Counted from the stretch's first letter, positions 8,615 to 19,374 are shown. The stretch: 64,000 bases of DNA from Candidatus Nomurabacteria bacterium (GCA_943348815.1 CALQYT010000002.1:37129-101128); one strand, 5' to 3'. Notes: a model not told the origin generated them from the letters alone. Numbers and translations: made by a program.

Positions 8615-9859
8615 ATGTACGACCTCATAGTTATTGGCGGTGGTGCATCGGGGCTCATGGCGGCAGGGCGCGCGGCCGAGCTGGGAGCGCGCGTATTGGT
8701 GCTCGAAAAAAATAAACGCGTCGGCGAAAAGTTGCGTATATCGGGTGGCGGGCGGTGCAATATTACTAACGCCGAGCCCGACCCGCGGGTGCTGCTTCGT
8801 GCCTACGGCAAAGCCGAGCAATTTTTGTATTCGCTCTTTGCACAATTTGGCGTCAAAGATACGTTTACTTTTTTTGAGTCGCGCGGTTTGCCATTGGTGG
8901 TGCAAGCTAGGCAGCGCGCCTTCCCCAAAAGCGAAAAGGCTGCCGATGTGGTCAATACCTTGCTCGCGTACACGAAGAAGGGGAATGTAACTATCAAAAC
9001 CAGTGCGGCCGTAACACGGGTACATTCGGGCCCCAGCGGCATCGAGGGTGTGTCGGTGGGTGCCGAAACCTATCAGGCCAAAAACTATTTGTTTGCAACC
9101 GGCAGTGTCTCGCACCCGGAGACCGGTTCGAGTGGCGACGGCTTTGCCTGGCTGCGTACGCTTGGCCACACGGTGCGCAAGCCAACGCCAACGATAGTGC
9201 CGCTGTCGGTTAAAGAGGAGTGGGTCAAGCGGCTTGCGGGCGTGTCGATGGCGGGGATGAAAATAACTTTTTTTGTTGAGGGGGTAAAAGCGTTTGCCGA
9301 GAGCGGCAAAGTATTATTTACGCACTTTGGGGTTTCGGGCCCACTCATTTTAAATAGTGCACACAAAGTTGCCGATCTTTTGCACGATGGGGCCGTGACG
9401 GCAACTATCGATGCGTACCCCAAAGTTGATTTGGGTGCTCTTGAAAAAAAGATACTCGCTACGTTTGATGCCAATAAAAATAAAACACTGAAAAATGTGC
9501 TCAAAGAGTTTATCCCCGAGGGTACGACCGCCGGGATTGCCCATTTGGTCGGTGCCGAGATAGATATAAATAAAAAAGTACACTTGGTAAGCAAAGAGGA
9601 GCGTAAACGCCTGGCCTCTTTGCTCAAAGCGCTCCCACTTACGATTAATGGGCTTATGGGCTTTGACCGCGCGGTGGTTGCCGATGGTGGCGTGCCACTA
9701 AGCGAAGTGGACATGCGCACCATGCAGTCAAAAAAAATCCCCAACTTATATCTCACCGGTGACCTCCTCGACATAAACCGCCCCTCAGGCGGCTACTCAC
9801 TGCAGCTGTGCTGGTCATCGGGTTTTGTCGCAGGGACGCATAGTGCAAAGCAAAATTGA
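8615..9859 (+). CDS. HI0933/BaiN family flavoprotein
   Basis: GGGASG, SGGGRCNITN, LFTHFGVSGP, GGYSLQ. Confidence 0.9.
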   Translation: MYDLIVIGGGASGLMAAGRAAELGARVLVLEKNKRVGEKLRISGGGRCNITNAEPDPRVLLRAYGKAEQFLYSLFAQFGVKDTFTFFESRGLPLVVQARQRAFPKSEKAADVVNTLLAYTKKGNVTIKTSAAVTRVHSGPSGIEGVSVGAETYQAKNYLFATGSVSHPETGSSGDGFAWLRTLGHTVRKPTPTIVPLSVKEEWVKRLAGVSMAGMKITFFVEGVKAFAESGKVLFTHFGVSGPLILNSAHKVADLLHDGAVTATIDAYPKVDLGALEKKILATFDANKNKTLKNVLKEFIPEGTTAGIAHLVGAEIDINKKVHLVSKEERKRLASLLKALPLTINGLMGFDRAVVADGGVPLSEVDMRTMQSKKIPNLYLTGDLLDINRPSGGYSLQLCWSSGFVAGTHSAKQN

Positions 9860-10182
9860 GATAAACAAAAAACCGGATGCATTTTAGCGCTTCCGGTTGA
9901 ATTTATTGAACACAGTCGGGCATCATCGCAACATAATTTTCCTTCTTACCGTCGAGGATGATCAGGCCCTGTTTGCTGGAACGGGGAGGGAATCCGACTC
10001 GCGTCTCACCAAAATCCGCAGCAGCAACGGCGCCTCGGCGGTGTGATGGGAAGCATGTATCCTCCTGCCGCATATTGCGGCTCTAGCAGAGACTCACCAG
10101 GGTCGAATATAGCACAAAACAAATGGCTGTTTTGTACGTCCGGGAGTATTAAAAAGAGCACCCCCGAAAAGGTGCTCTGAAG

Positions 10183-10695
10183 CTAGCGCGGCTCTACGAT
10201 GATGCGGATCATTCCTTCGTCTAGATCGCGCTCAAGCATTGCCCGCATCCACCTCTCGAAGCCGGTGTTGTACTCCCGGCGGCGACCGGCCACCATGAGA
10301 CAGCCATAGGTTGCGGCTGCACCAAAGTGGATTTGGATATTCTGTCGCGGGGTTTCGCTCGCACCGATGATGGTGTAATCGTTTCCGCATTTCTCTTCGT
10401 ACAGCTGGATGCGGAAGCCGACCGGTCCATCTTCGCGTATCCTGCCAAAGTAGGGTAGATCTCCACTCGCCGGGCACTCTCCCTTCTCGCCAAATGGGTT
10501 CTCCGGCATTATTTCGCGGAAGGCGTGGTCCGAAGAGTCCCGCACCACCGCAAAGTTGAAACGCTCGCCACTGGGCAGAAGTTGAGCGAAGGCGGCGTAG
10601 GTGCGGACAAACTTGCGTCTACCTTGCTTGCGGGGCAGCTCATAGAGAAGGGCTTTTCTCATAGTGAGCTTACGGGTGATGTTTATCACAATCAC
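10183..10695 (-). CDS. orphan protein with L,D-transpeptidase-like motif
   Basis: RQNIQIHFG..ATYGCLMV; own terminator at ~10151-10178. Confidence 0.5.
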   Translation of the reverse strand: MIVINITRKLTMRKALLYELPRKQGRRKFVRTYAAFAQLLPSGERFNFAVVRDSSDHAFREIMPENPFGEKGECPASGDLPYFGRIREDGPVGFRIQLYEEKCGNDYTIIGASETPRQNIQIHFGAAATYGCLMVAGRRREYNTGFERWMRAMLERDLDEGMIRIIVEPR

Positions 10696-10779
10696 GGGTC
10701 GCTCCCTGGCTGGAGTGTTGAAGAGCTAGTTACTTCGTCACCACTGTATACGAAATAGGTACTTTGGTATACTGTCTCT

Positions 10780-11127
10780 ATGAAAAAATTTGTGGTTATC
10801 TATCGCGTGCCGGCCGAGACCATGCAGGAGTGGAAGAGCAAGACCCCGCCCGAGGAGATGAAAAAGCAGGGCGAAGAGTTGGGAGTCAAGATGATGGCCT
10901 GGACGAAGAAGAACGAGAAGTCGTTTGTTGGCCAAGGTCTGCCGCTTGGCAAAAACACTCGGGTCACGAGCGCGGGTGCACAAGCGGTGACCAACGATCT
11001 TAACTATATGTGTGTAGTCGAGGCAGAGTCGGCCGATGCGGTAGTGGCGATGTTTAAAGATAACCCGCACTTCGATATACCAACCTCTTACGTCGATATT
11101 ATGGAAGTCCCACACATGGGGATGTAG
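10780..11127 (+). CDS. YCII-related domain protein
   Basis: MKKFVVIY...W......GLPLG...VVEAESADAV.....NPH. Confidence 0.65.
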   Translation: MKKFVVIYRVPAETMQEWKSKTPPEEMKKQGEELGVKMMAWTKKNEKSFVGQGLPLGKNTRVTSAGAQAVTNDLNYMCVVEAESADAVVAMFKDNPHFDIPTSYVDIMEVPHMGM

Positions 11128-11129
11128 GC

Positions 11130-11546
11130 ATGAAAATAATGATTATTGGGAGCATGCGGTTTGCTAAAGAAATGCTCGAGACAAAAGAAAAACTCGAGCA
11201 ACTAGGGCATACGGCCGAAGTTCCGTGTGATACCGATTTGCACGTGCAAGATCCAAATTTGCGCAACGATTTTGAGCGCGACGCCGCCCATGTCAAAGAA
11301 AATAACATTATGCACCGTTGTTTTGAGTTGGTGGCTGAGAGCGATGCGGTGTTGGTACTCAACCACAAACATAATAACGTTGATGGGTATGTTGGCGCTT
11401 CAGCACTTATGGAGGCAGGACTCGCGGCCTACTTGGGCAAGAAACTGTTTTTACTCAACCCAATCGCTTCTACCGAGCGATACCGCCATGAGTTCGATGT
11501 GTTAGGGGGCGTATGTATCAACGGTGATCTGATCAAAATTGCTTAA
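11130..11546 (+). CDS. nucleoside 2-deoxyribosyltransferase-like hypothetical protein
   Basis: IIGSMRF...SDAVLVLN...GYVGASALMEAGLAAYLGK. Confidence 0.55.
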   Translation: MKIMIIGSMRFAKEMLETKEKLEQLGHTAEVPCDTDLHVQDPNLRNDFERDAAHVKENNIMHRCFELVAESDAVLVLNHKHNNVDGYVGASALMEAGLAAYLGKKLFLLNPIASTERYRHEFDVLGGVCINGDLIKIA

Positions 11547-11547
11547 T

Positions 11548-12282
11548 ATGAAACAAAAAAAGATTTTTATTTATGGCAAACACGCGGTGAGCGAAGCCTT
11601 GCGGCATGCACCACAGTTGCTGCGCACCGTGTACCTATCGCCTTTGATGAAAGACAAAGAGATTTTGTCGCTCATTAATCGTGCAAATATAAAAACCGAA
11701 AAGCTCGACCCCCGCAAAGCAACCTCGCAGGTGGAGGGCAACGCGCCGCACCAGGGGATTATTGCGCTCATGTCGGTGTTTGGATTGGCGCTCCCGTTTG
11801 AGGATTTTATAAAAGACTTCAATCCTGCCGGCTCGCTGCTTGTCTACTTAGACGGAATACAAGACCCACACAATGTTGGTGCGATTATCCGCGCCGCAGC
11901 AGCCTTTGGTGCCAGCGGGGTACTCTTGCCCGGGCATGGCCAGTCGCCGATAACCGCCGCCGTGATAAAAGCTTCTGCGGGTGCGGTGTTTAGCGTCCCG
12001 CTTGTTAGCGTCACTAACACACAGCAAACACTCGCCGAATTGCGCCGCAAAGGAGTTGCAGTATACGGTCTTGCGGGAGGGGGCTCGAGCATTGTTAAAG
12101 AAGAATTTACAAAACCAACGTTGTTTATTTTGGGTAATGAATCCACCGGCATTTCACCTGCAGCGCGCGCGGTGTGCGACAAAATGTTGGAGATTCCTAT
12201 TTCTAAAAAAGTAGAGTCACTCAATGTGGCAAGTGCCGCCACCGCGGCGCTCTATGCCTGGAGCAGCAAAAACTCCTCTTAA
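11548..12282 (+). CDS. TrmH/RlmB family RNA 2'-O-methyltransferase
   Basis: YGKHAV, HQG, DPHNVGAIIR, GNESTGI, ESLNVASA. Confidence 0.9.
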   Translation: MKQKKIFIYGKHAVSEALRHAPQLLRTVYLSPLMKDKEILSLINRANIKTEKLDPRKATSQVEGNAPHQGIIALMSVFGLALPFEDFIKDFNPAGSLLVYLDGIQDPHNVGAIIRAAAAFGASGVLLPGHGQSPITAAVIKASAGAVFSVPLVSVTNTQQTLAELRRKGVAVYGLAGGGSSIVKEEFTKPTLFILGNESTGISPAARAVCDKMLEIPISKKVESLNVASAATAALYAWSSKNSS

Positions 12283-12559
12283 TGCTGAGTTCAGGCTCAT
12301 CTGTTAGCCTAAATCTCGGTCGAGCATTATCCAAATATCACTGAGATATATGGACTACAACAACGACAAAGATAAGAAGAAAGACGCTCAGGGCACGACT
12401 CAAGTAGAGGAGAAAGTTGAAAAAAAGGAAGATGGTGAGAAAACACAGCACGATAAAGCAGCCGACAAAATAGGTAAGTTCTAGCGAACCGCAAACGGCC
12501 CTGTCTTCCGGGGCCGTTATGCGCTCAGAGTGTAGTATTATCACTTAACCAAAATTTTT

Positions 12560-12712
12560 ATGTTAGTAACCATCGCGGCAGTATTGGTAGTTCTTTGGCT
12601 GTTGGGGCTCGTTACGTCCTACACCATCGGTGGTTTTATCCACATCCTCCTGGTCGTGGCCATCATTATGGTGTTGGTGCGGCTCATCCAGGGTAGAAAC
12701 CCCATAGCGTAA
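12560..12712 (+). CDS. lmo0937-family small membrane protein (not in ORF track)
   Basis: manual translation MLVTIAAVLVVLWLLGLVTSYTIGGFIHILLVVAIIMVLVRLIQGRNPIA. Confidence 0.8.
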   Translation: MLVTIAAVLVVLWLLGLVTSYTIGGFIHILLVVAIIMVLVRLIQGRNPIA

Positions 12713-12731
12713 CGAGAGTTATAGTGAGTGC

Positions 12732-13337
12732 ATGAAAGTATTTTGGTTGTGGCTCTACGCAGCAGTGCCCATTACGGCCTTGTGTGTGGGTATTTACTGC
12801 GCCGGGCAGCAAATGTACCGGCAGTTGGCTAACGACCCGCAGATTCAACTTGCCGAAGACGGCGCGGCGCGTCTCAATGGCGGCGAGATGCCAGCGGCAT
12901 TAGTGGAGCGGGGGGTACCACCGATAGATATTGGCAGCAGCCTTTCGCCATGGATTGCGGTGTATGACTCAGCAGGCACGGTGCTTGAGGCTTCGGCAGT
13001 GTTCGATAACGCGCCACCCAAACTTCCTGCGGGCGTGTTTGATACCACCAACGCTTCGGCGCAGGTTGATGACCCTATTTGGATTAAGGGTGAATACAAA
13101 GTCACTTGGCAGCCGCGCGCGGATGTTCGGCAAGCCGTGGTAGTTGTGCAAACAAAAGATAAAAAATATTTTGTAGCGGCGGGTCGGAGTTTGCGGTTGA
13201 GCGAGGAGCGCACCCAGTTGCTTGGCGGAAGTATGATTTTTGGTTGGTTTGTCACGCTTGTTGGACTTTTGGTTGTATTATTAGGGTATGGCTACGTTAG
13301 CGGAAGAACTCAAAAAGATACTCAAGGGCGAGGTTGA
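12732..13337 (+). CDS. two-TM membrane protein with extracytoplasmic sensor-like domain
   Basis: TM-ANDPQIQLAED...TWQP...VAAGRSL-TM. Confidence 0.65.
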   Translation: MKVFWLWLYAAVPITALCVGIYCAGQQMYRQLANDPQIQLAEDGAARLNGGEMPAALVERGVPPIDIGSSLSPWIAVYDSAGTVLEASAVFDNAPPKLPAGVFDTTNASAQVDDPIWIKGEYKVTWQPRADVRQAVVVVQTKDKKYFVAAGRSLRLSEERTQLLGGSMIFGWFVTLVGLLVVLLGYGYVSGRTQKDTQGRG

Positions 13338-14982
13338 GGATAGTGTGGAGGCACGCGAGAAGGTAAGTCGGGATGCGAGCCTCTTTAAGGTGCTCCCCGA
13401 GGTGGTCGTGCGGCCTATTGACGCGCAAGATGTCTGCAAAGTAGTGCAGTTTGTCACCGAGCAAAAAACCAAAAGCCCAAAATCCACTATTTCGCTCACG
13501 GCACGCTCGGCGGGGACCGACATGTCGGGTGGGCCGCTTAACGACTCGATTATTTTGGATATGACGGCACACCTCAACAAGCTTGTTGAGATGGTGGAGT
13601 AAGACGCGGTGGTGGAACCGGGGATGTATTTTAGAGATTTTGATAAAGAAACGAAGAAAAAAAACTTAGAGTTGCCGAGCTACACCGCAAGCAGGGAGCT
13701 AAACACGGTGGGTGGGATGGCCGCCAACAACTCGGGTGGCGAAAAAAACTTAAAATACGGTAAGACTGCGCGCTACGTTGAGGGGCTTGAGGTGGTTTTG
13801 AGCGATGGGCAGGTACATACTTTGGTGTCACTTGAGGGCGAGGTGTTACAGAAAAAACTACAGGAGCAAAGTTTTGAGGGAGAGTTATACCGAAAAGTTG
13901 CCGCGCTGGTGGGGACTCCGGCACATGCCAAAGTGATCGAAAAAAATAAACCCCAAGTAGAAAAAAATTCTTCGGGCTATGCGGTATGGGATATTGGGGA
14001 TGGAAAAACTAAACTAAACCTCGCGCGGCTTATGGTGGGGGCGCAAGGCACACTCGGCATAATCACCAAAATACATTTTAAGTTGGTGCATCCCAAGCCC
14101 TACGCTTCGATGGCGGTGATTTTTGTTAAAAATCTTTCACAACTCGGCGAGCTGGTGCCTGAGGTGTTGAAGTATCAGCCCGACTCATTTGAGTCGTATG
14201 ACGACCACACCTTTAGTATTGCGATGAAGTACTTACCCGAGCTCGCAACGCAGATGAAGTCGGGGCTCTTGTCGCTCGGTATCTCATTTTTGCCGGAGTT
14301 ATGGATGGCCCTTACTGGTGGCATCCCTAAGCTCGTACTTATTGTCGAATTTAGGGGCGACACTCAGGCCGAGGCTCTGCAAAAGGCCCAAAAACTTGCG
14401 GGAGAGGTGGCTCATAATAAAGACCACGTGTCGGTCCGGGTGGCTAAAACCGAGGCACAGGCGCGCAAATATTGGGCCGTACGTCGTGAGAGCTTTAATT
14501 TGTTGCGCAAAAAGGTGCGGGGCAAGCGTACCGCGCCGTTTATCGACGATTTTGTGGTGCCGCCGCACACCCTGCCGGAGTTTTTGCCCAAATTGCAAAA
14601 AGTTATGGCAGAGTACCCCAGCCTCACCTACACGATTGCGGGCCATGTGGGGGACGGCAACTTTCACATTATCCCCTTGGTCGACCCCAACGATCCAACC
14701 ATCCGCACTACGATCGACGAGTTGAGCCACAAAGTGTATGACTTAGTGGTGCAATACCACGGCTCAATCAGTGGCGAGCATAACGATGGTCTTATCCGCA
14801 CGCCGTATGTCGAAAAGATGTTTGGCCCCGAAATGTACGGATTGTTTATGGAAGTAAAAAAGATCTTTGATCCGCAAAATATCTTTAATCCGGGTAAAAA
14901 AGTCGGTACGACTTTTAGCGATGCGCTCGCAAAGTTGGATTTACCGCCGCAACCTTCAGTCAAAACTCAGCAAGGCAAATGA
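13288..14982 (+). pseudogene. FAD-binding oxidoreductase (GlcD/D-lactate dehydrogenase type) with in-frame TAA at 13600-13602
   Basis: RDASLF..PEVVVRP, RSAGTDMSGG, TVGGMAANNSGG, GHVGDGNFH, SGEHNDG, FDPQNIFNPGK; both ORF pieces are in the same frame. Confidence 0.85.
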
Positions 14983-14994
14983 TATAGTAGTGCA

Positions 14995-15639
14995 ATGAAG
15001 ATAACGAAGTTGGGGCACTGCGCGATGATTGTAGAGCACGAGGGGGTGCGGCTGCTTACCGACCCGGGTAGCTTTACCGCTGACGCGCAAGATAAGCTTA
15101 CTGGCCTGCACGGTGTTTTAATTACGCACGAGCATCAAGACCATCTGCATATCGACTCGCTCAAACAAATAATCGCCAACAATCCGACGGCGATTATTGT
15201 CGGCAACAGCGCGGTGGCAAAGTTGGTGGAAGAAGCTATTGCCGATACGGTGGTAACGGTAGTGGGGGATGGCCAACAAACTGAGGTAAACGGGGTGGTG
15301 ATTGAAGGTTTTGGGAAAAATCATGAACCAATTTATGGCACGATGGGGTTGGTAGAAAACACGAGTTATTTTGTGGGCGACCAATTTTATTTCCCGGGCG
15401 ACGCCTTCAACAATCCGGGCAAAAAAGTTGACGTATTGGCGCTCCCCGTTGCAGGTCCGTGGATGAAGATGTCGCAATGCATTGATTATGCTAAAGAAAT
15501 GCAGGCTAAGCGTGCGTTTGGCGTGCACGACGGCATGATACAGCCGTTCTTCCGCGGATTTGTTTATAAGGCGCTACAAATGTTTGTCCCGGGCACCGAA
15601 TTTATCGAAATCAAAGACGGCGAGTCTAAGGAGTTTTAA
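14995..15639 (+). CDS. metallo-beta-lactamase fold hydrolase
   Basis: LGHC, TDPG, THEHQDH, PGD, VHD. Confidence 0.85.
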   Translation: MKITKLGHCAMIVEHEGVRLLTDPGSFTADAQDKLTGLHGVLITHEHQDHLHIDSLKQIIANNPTAIIVGNSAVAKLVEEAIADTVVTVVGDGQQTEVNGVVIEGFGKNHEPIYGTMGLVENTSYFVGDQFYFPGDAFNNPGKKVDVLALPVAGPWMKMSQCIDYAKEMQAKRAFGVHDGMIQPFFRGFVYKALQMFVPGTEFIEIKDGESKEF

Positions 15640-16697
15640 GCGGCCTCGCGCTCCTGGAAGCGGAAGGTCACGGTGGCGAGGGTAATAAGGATTACTCCCC
15701 ACACCGCCATGCCCAAAAGGTCGGGCCACAGCGTGGCGAGACCAGCGCCTTTGGTCATAATCTCGCGGAGCGAATCGGCAAAATAGGTGAGCGGCAGGAG
15801 TTTGGCTACAACCTGCAGCCAGCCCGGCATATTGGAGATCGCAAAGAAGGTCCCACCCAAGAACATCATCGGGAAGACAATAATGTTGGCAAACACGGGC
15901 ACGACATCGACCGTCTTAGCGAGCCCCGAGATAGTAAAGCCGAGCCCCAAAAACATCGAGGCACCGAGTATGACGCACAGCAGGAGTAGTGCGTACGAGC
16001 CAACGACGTGGATGTGAAAGAGCAATATGCCCATCACAATAAAGATGACTGCTTGCACGACGCTCACCATGAGCCGCGTAATGGCGTTGGCTGCGACAAA
16101 TTGGATTGGCTTCATCGGCGTGGCAAGCAAGCGTTTGAGCACGCCGTTTTGTTTGTACTGCGTAAACATAAACGAGACCGAGAATACCGACATTTGCATA
16201 ATCGAGAGCGCCAAGATGCCCGGCAGTAAGAATTCGATGTAGCGCAAGTTGTGGGCGTTTACTTCGTGACTCTCTACTTTAACGAGGGGAGTGACGTGTG
16301 CTGATTGTAGCGTGGCCGAAGAAATAAATTGATTGAGGATAGACACTACTGCCTGACTTTCGGGCTTGCTGGCATTAGTGTAGGCCACGATGCTACTACC
16401 GCTAAAATCCAACACCGCCGCGCGATTGCCTTGATTTAGCTGTTCTTGTTCGTCGGCCAGCGTTCCTTCGTGGATGGTGAGGTTGGGGAACTTTTTTATC
16501 TGCTCGGCTAGAGCAGCGGTTTGAGGCGTTGGTTTCTCAGACGACACACCCACATCAATAAGTTGCGGCCTATCAAACCCGATGTAGCCGAAGATGAGCA
16601 TAATAAACACCGGCATAACGAGGGTAAAGAAAAATGCTTGCCGGTTGCGCGTCAGCATCTTGATTGCGGCGATGGTGAGTTTGTAGGTGGTATACAT
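15636..16697 (-). CDS. ABC-2 type transporter permease
   Basis: YIEFLLPGILA, GVLKRLLATP, FLGGTFF, LPLTY. Confidence 0.88.
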   Translation of the reverse strand: MYTTYKLTIAAIKMLTRNRQAFFFTLVMPVFIMLIFGYIGFDRPQLIDVGVSSEKPTPQTAALAEQIKKFPNLTIHEGTLADEQEQLNQGNRAAVLDFSGSSIVAYTNASKPESQAVVSILNQFISSATLQSAHVTPLVKVESHEVNAHNLRYIEFLLPGILALSIMQMSVFSVSFMFTQYKQNGVLKRLLATPMKPIQFVAANAITRLMVSVVQAVIFIVMGILLFHIHVVGSYALLLLCVILGASMFLGLGFTISGLAKTVDVVPVFANIIVFPMMFLGGTFFAISNMPGWLQVVAKLLPLTYFADSLREIMTKGAGLATLWPDLLGMAVWGVILITLATVTFRFQEREAA

Positions 16698-16698
16698 A

Positions 16699-17454
16699 TT
16701 ATTCGCGCAGGGCGTGGCCGGTGGTTGCCAAAAATACATCCTCTAAATTTGCTTTTTGTTGCAGTACTGGTTTGCTAAAGCCTTTTGCAAGCAGTTGTTC
16801 GATCAGCATGCGGGGAGTATCAAGCGAAACAATCTTTCCGTGATCCATAATCGCGACGCGCTCGCAAAGTACCTCGGCCTCATCCATGTAGTGGGTGGTG
16901 AGCACCACCGTGGTGCCTTTTTTGCGTACCTGCAAAATGAGGTCCCACAAATTGTGCCGGGCTTGCGGGTCGAGCCCGGTAGTCGGTTCGTCCAAAAAGA
17001 GCACGCGCGGGTTGTTGACCATGCCTATCGCAATAGAGAGGCGCTGGCGTTGGCCGCCCGAAAGTTCTTTGGCTTGTGCCTTGGCTTTGTCGGTAAGTTG
17101 CACCTCCTCTAAAAGTTCCATAGGGTCGACGCGGCGGTTATACATCGCGCCAAAGGTGTCGAGTAGTTCGGTAAGGGTAAGCGCCTCAAAAAAGCTTGAC
17201 GATTGCAGCTGTACGCCAATAACTGCCTTAACCGCCTCGGTCTCGCGCTCCACATCCTTACCGTCGAGCATAATACTGCCGCTGCTGGGGCGTTTGAGCC
17301 CTTCGATCATCTCGAGGGTCGTGGTTTTGCCGGCACCGTTGGGGCCCAAGATGCCAAAAATTTCCCCCTCTTTTACGGAGAAAGAAATATGGTCAACCGC
17401 CAATAACTCGCCGTATTTTTTGGTGAGGTCTTTAACTTCGATGATATTGGGCAT
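16699..17454 (-). CDS. ABC transporter ATP-binding protein
   Basis: GPNGAGKTT, LSGGQRQR, FLDEPTTGLD, THYMDEAE. Confidence 0.95.
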   Translation of the reverse strand: MPNIIEVKDLTKKYGELLAVDHISFSVKEGEIFGILGPNGAGKTTTLEMIEGLKRPSSGSIMLDGKDVERETEAVKAVIGVQLQSSSFFEALTLTELLDTFGAMYNRRVDPMELLEEVQLTDKAKAQAKELSGGQRQRLSIAIGMVNNPRVLFLDEPTTGLDPQARHNLWDLILQVRKKGTTVVLTTHYMDEAEVLCERVAIMDHGKIVSLDTPRMLIEQLLAKGFSKPVLQQKANLEDVFLATTGHALRE

Positions 17455-17528
17455 GAAGCATCCATTATACTCTTTTCTTCTCTATGTTTTAAGTGAATTA
17501 AAAAAGCGACGCTCGGGTGAGTGTCGCT

Positions 17529-18089
17529 CTATTCTGCTGCTACCGGAACCAGAGTTTCGATCTCCACCTTCGGTCGTGGGATCATCCCCCAATTCTCCCG
17601 GTGTAGTTCGAAGTCGAGAGGGGGATTTGAGGGTTTGTAGTTGATAGCAATCCGCACTGCCGCCGTGTTGTCAAGACGGTTTGCAGGGAAGTACGCCGAC
17701 AACATATCTTCCGAAGCCACCAGGAAGTAGGTTTCTCCATATCCGGCCACTGCCTGGTAGAAGCAGTGACCGACGGTGACCCCCAATACCTCCCGATGGG
17801 TTTTGCTATCCATGTAGAGGTGGTTTTTATTCCCCCAACTCGTGTGACTGTTGTACAGCAGATGGAAGAGCCAAAGGCCCCCGTCCACGGTAAATCCACG
17901 CAAATTGGTTTTTGGGCACCGCAGCCTGGTAGCTGCCAGCGACAAAACCTTAACCTTGAACCCAGCTTTCCTGCCCGCCTCCCAAACCTTTTCTATTTTT
18001 GGACAGGTGGGACGATCGATGATCGGTTCCTCACATCGCTCGACCCATGCACCGAAACCTGACGGTGCACCAAGAATGCCGGTAGTCAT
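17529..18089 (-). CDS. orphan hypothetical protein
   Basis: ORF with GGGG-type SD and own terminator at ~17500-17529. Confidence 0.5.
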   Translation of the reverse strand: MTTGILGAPSGFGAWVERCEEPIIDRPTCPKIEKVWEAGRKAGFKVKVLSLAATRLRCPKTNLRGFTVDGGLWLFHLLYNSHTSWGNKNHLYMDSKTHREVLGVTVGHCFYQAVAGYGETYFLVASEDMLSAYFPANRLDNTAAVRIAINYKPSNPPLDFELHRENWGMIPRPKVEIETLVPVAAE

Positions 18090-18210
18090 CTTTTTACCCC
18101 CTTTGTACGTACCCAGCAAAGATACCTCCGTTTAAGCTTGGAAAGCAAGGTCAATTTTCCACCTTTTTATTTGTGTACCTTGTGTACGGGCAAAAGAGTA
18201 TAGTGTGGGT

Positions 18211-19374
18211 ATGGAGCCTCTCGCTAATAAAATACGTCCAACAACCCTCGACGACTTTGTTGGTCAAGAGCACTTGGTAGGCGAGGGCAAACCTTTGCGC
18301 GAGGCAATAGAGCAAAAGCATCTTTTTAGTTTTTTGTTGTGGGGGCCGCCGGGGAGCGGCAAAACAACGCTTGCCCGGATTTATGCCAACGCGCTCGATG
18401 CCGAATTTCATGAACTCTCGGCGGTCGATGCGGGTAAAGAGGATATCAAAGAGATTCTAGGTCGCGGGAAGGTCAGACCTTCCCAAAAAGGGCTAAATTT
18501 CCCACAGAAGCCAAAGATAGTGTTTGTCGACGAAATCCATCGGTTTAATAAAGCGCAGCAAGATTTTTTGCTGCCGTTTGTAGAGCGGGGTGATTTGACG
18601 CTCGTTGGTGCAACGACCGAGAATCCCAGTTTTGAGGTCATTGGCGCACTCCTTTCGCGGGCGCGAGTATTTGTGCTTAACGAACTTTCAGAAAAAGATA
18701 TGGAAAAAATCATTGCGCGTACTAAGTTGAAGGTGCCCAAAGATGCTAAAGAGTGGTTGATACAACTGTCGCAGGGCGATGCACGGCAAGCAATAGGGGT
18801 TTTGGAAAATGCGCAAAAGTTATACGGCAAAATTTCGCTTGAGACGCTCAAGGAAACCGTGCAAAGCAAGCACTTGCGCTACGACAAAAAAGGCGAGGAA
18901 CATTACAACACTATCTCGGCATTTATAAAATCTATGCGCGCCTCGCAGCCGGATGCCGCGCTTTACTATTTGGCCCGCATGGTAGAGAGCGGGGAGGATC
19001 CGCTGTTTATTGCTCGCCGCATGGTGGTGTTTGCGAGCGAAGACGTTGGCTTGGCCGCGCCGACCGCGCTCGTAGTTGCCAATGCCGTGTTTGAGGCCTG
19101 CGAAAAAATTGGTTATCCGGAATGTGCGATCAATTTGGCGCATGGCGTGGCCTACTTGGCCGAATGCAAAAAATCCCGCAAAAGTTACGACGCGTATTTC
19201 GAAGCGGTAGATGATGTCAAAAAATTCGGCAATCTCCCCATCCCCATGCGTGTGCGCAACGCACCGACTAAATTGATGAAAGAGCTTGGCTATCACAAGG
19301 GCTACAAGTTGTATGACAAAGAGTCGTATTTGCCGGATAAATTAAAAGGGAAGAAGTATTTGAAAGAAAAATAA
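18211..19374 (+). CDS. rarA: replication-associated recombination protein A
   Basis: PLANKIRP, GPPGSGKTT, DEIHRFNKAQQD, GATTENP, ISAFIKSMR, ASEDVG. Confidence 0.95.
   Translation: MEPLANKIRPTTLDDFVGQEHLVGEGKPLREAIEQKHLFSFLLWGPPGSGKTTLARIYANALDAEFHELSAVDAGKEDIKEILGRGKVRPSQKGLNFPQKPKIVFVDEIHRFNKAQQDFLLPFVERGDLTLVGATTENPSFEVIGALLSRARVFVLNELSEKDMEKIIARTKLKVPKDAKEWLIQLSQGDARQAIGVLENAQKLYGKISLETLKETVQSKHLRYDKKGEEHYNTISAFIKSMRASQPDAALYYLARMVESGEDPLFIARRMVVFASEDVGLAAPTALVVANAVFEACEKIGYPECAINLAHGVAYLAECKKSRKSYDAYFEAVDDVKKFGNLPIPMRVRNAPTKLMKELGYHKGYKLYDKESYLPDKLKGKKYLKEK

Noticed and set aside
13600-13602. Alternative genetic code or stop readthrough
   Set aside because: TAA, TAG and TGA all end conserved genes normally in this window; known CPR recoding affects TGA only.
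16895-17644. 249-aa plus-strand ORF and similar long antisense ORFs (e.g. 29963-30721, 57322-58197)
   Set aside because: They lie opposite well-supported genes and show no recognisable motifs.
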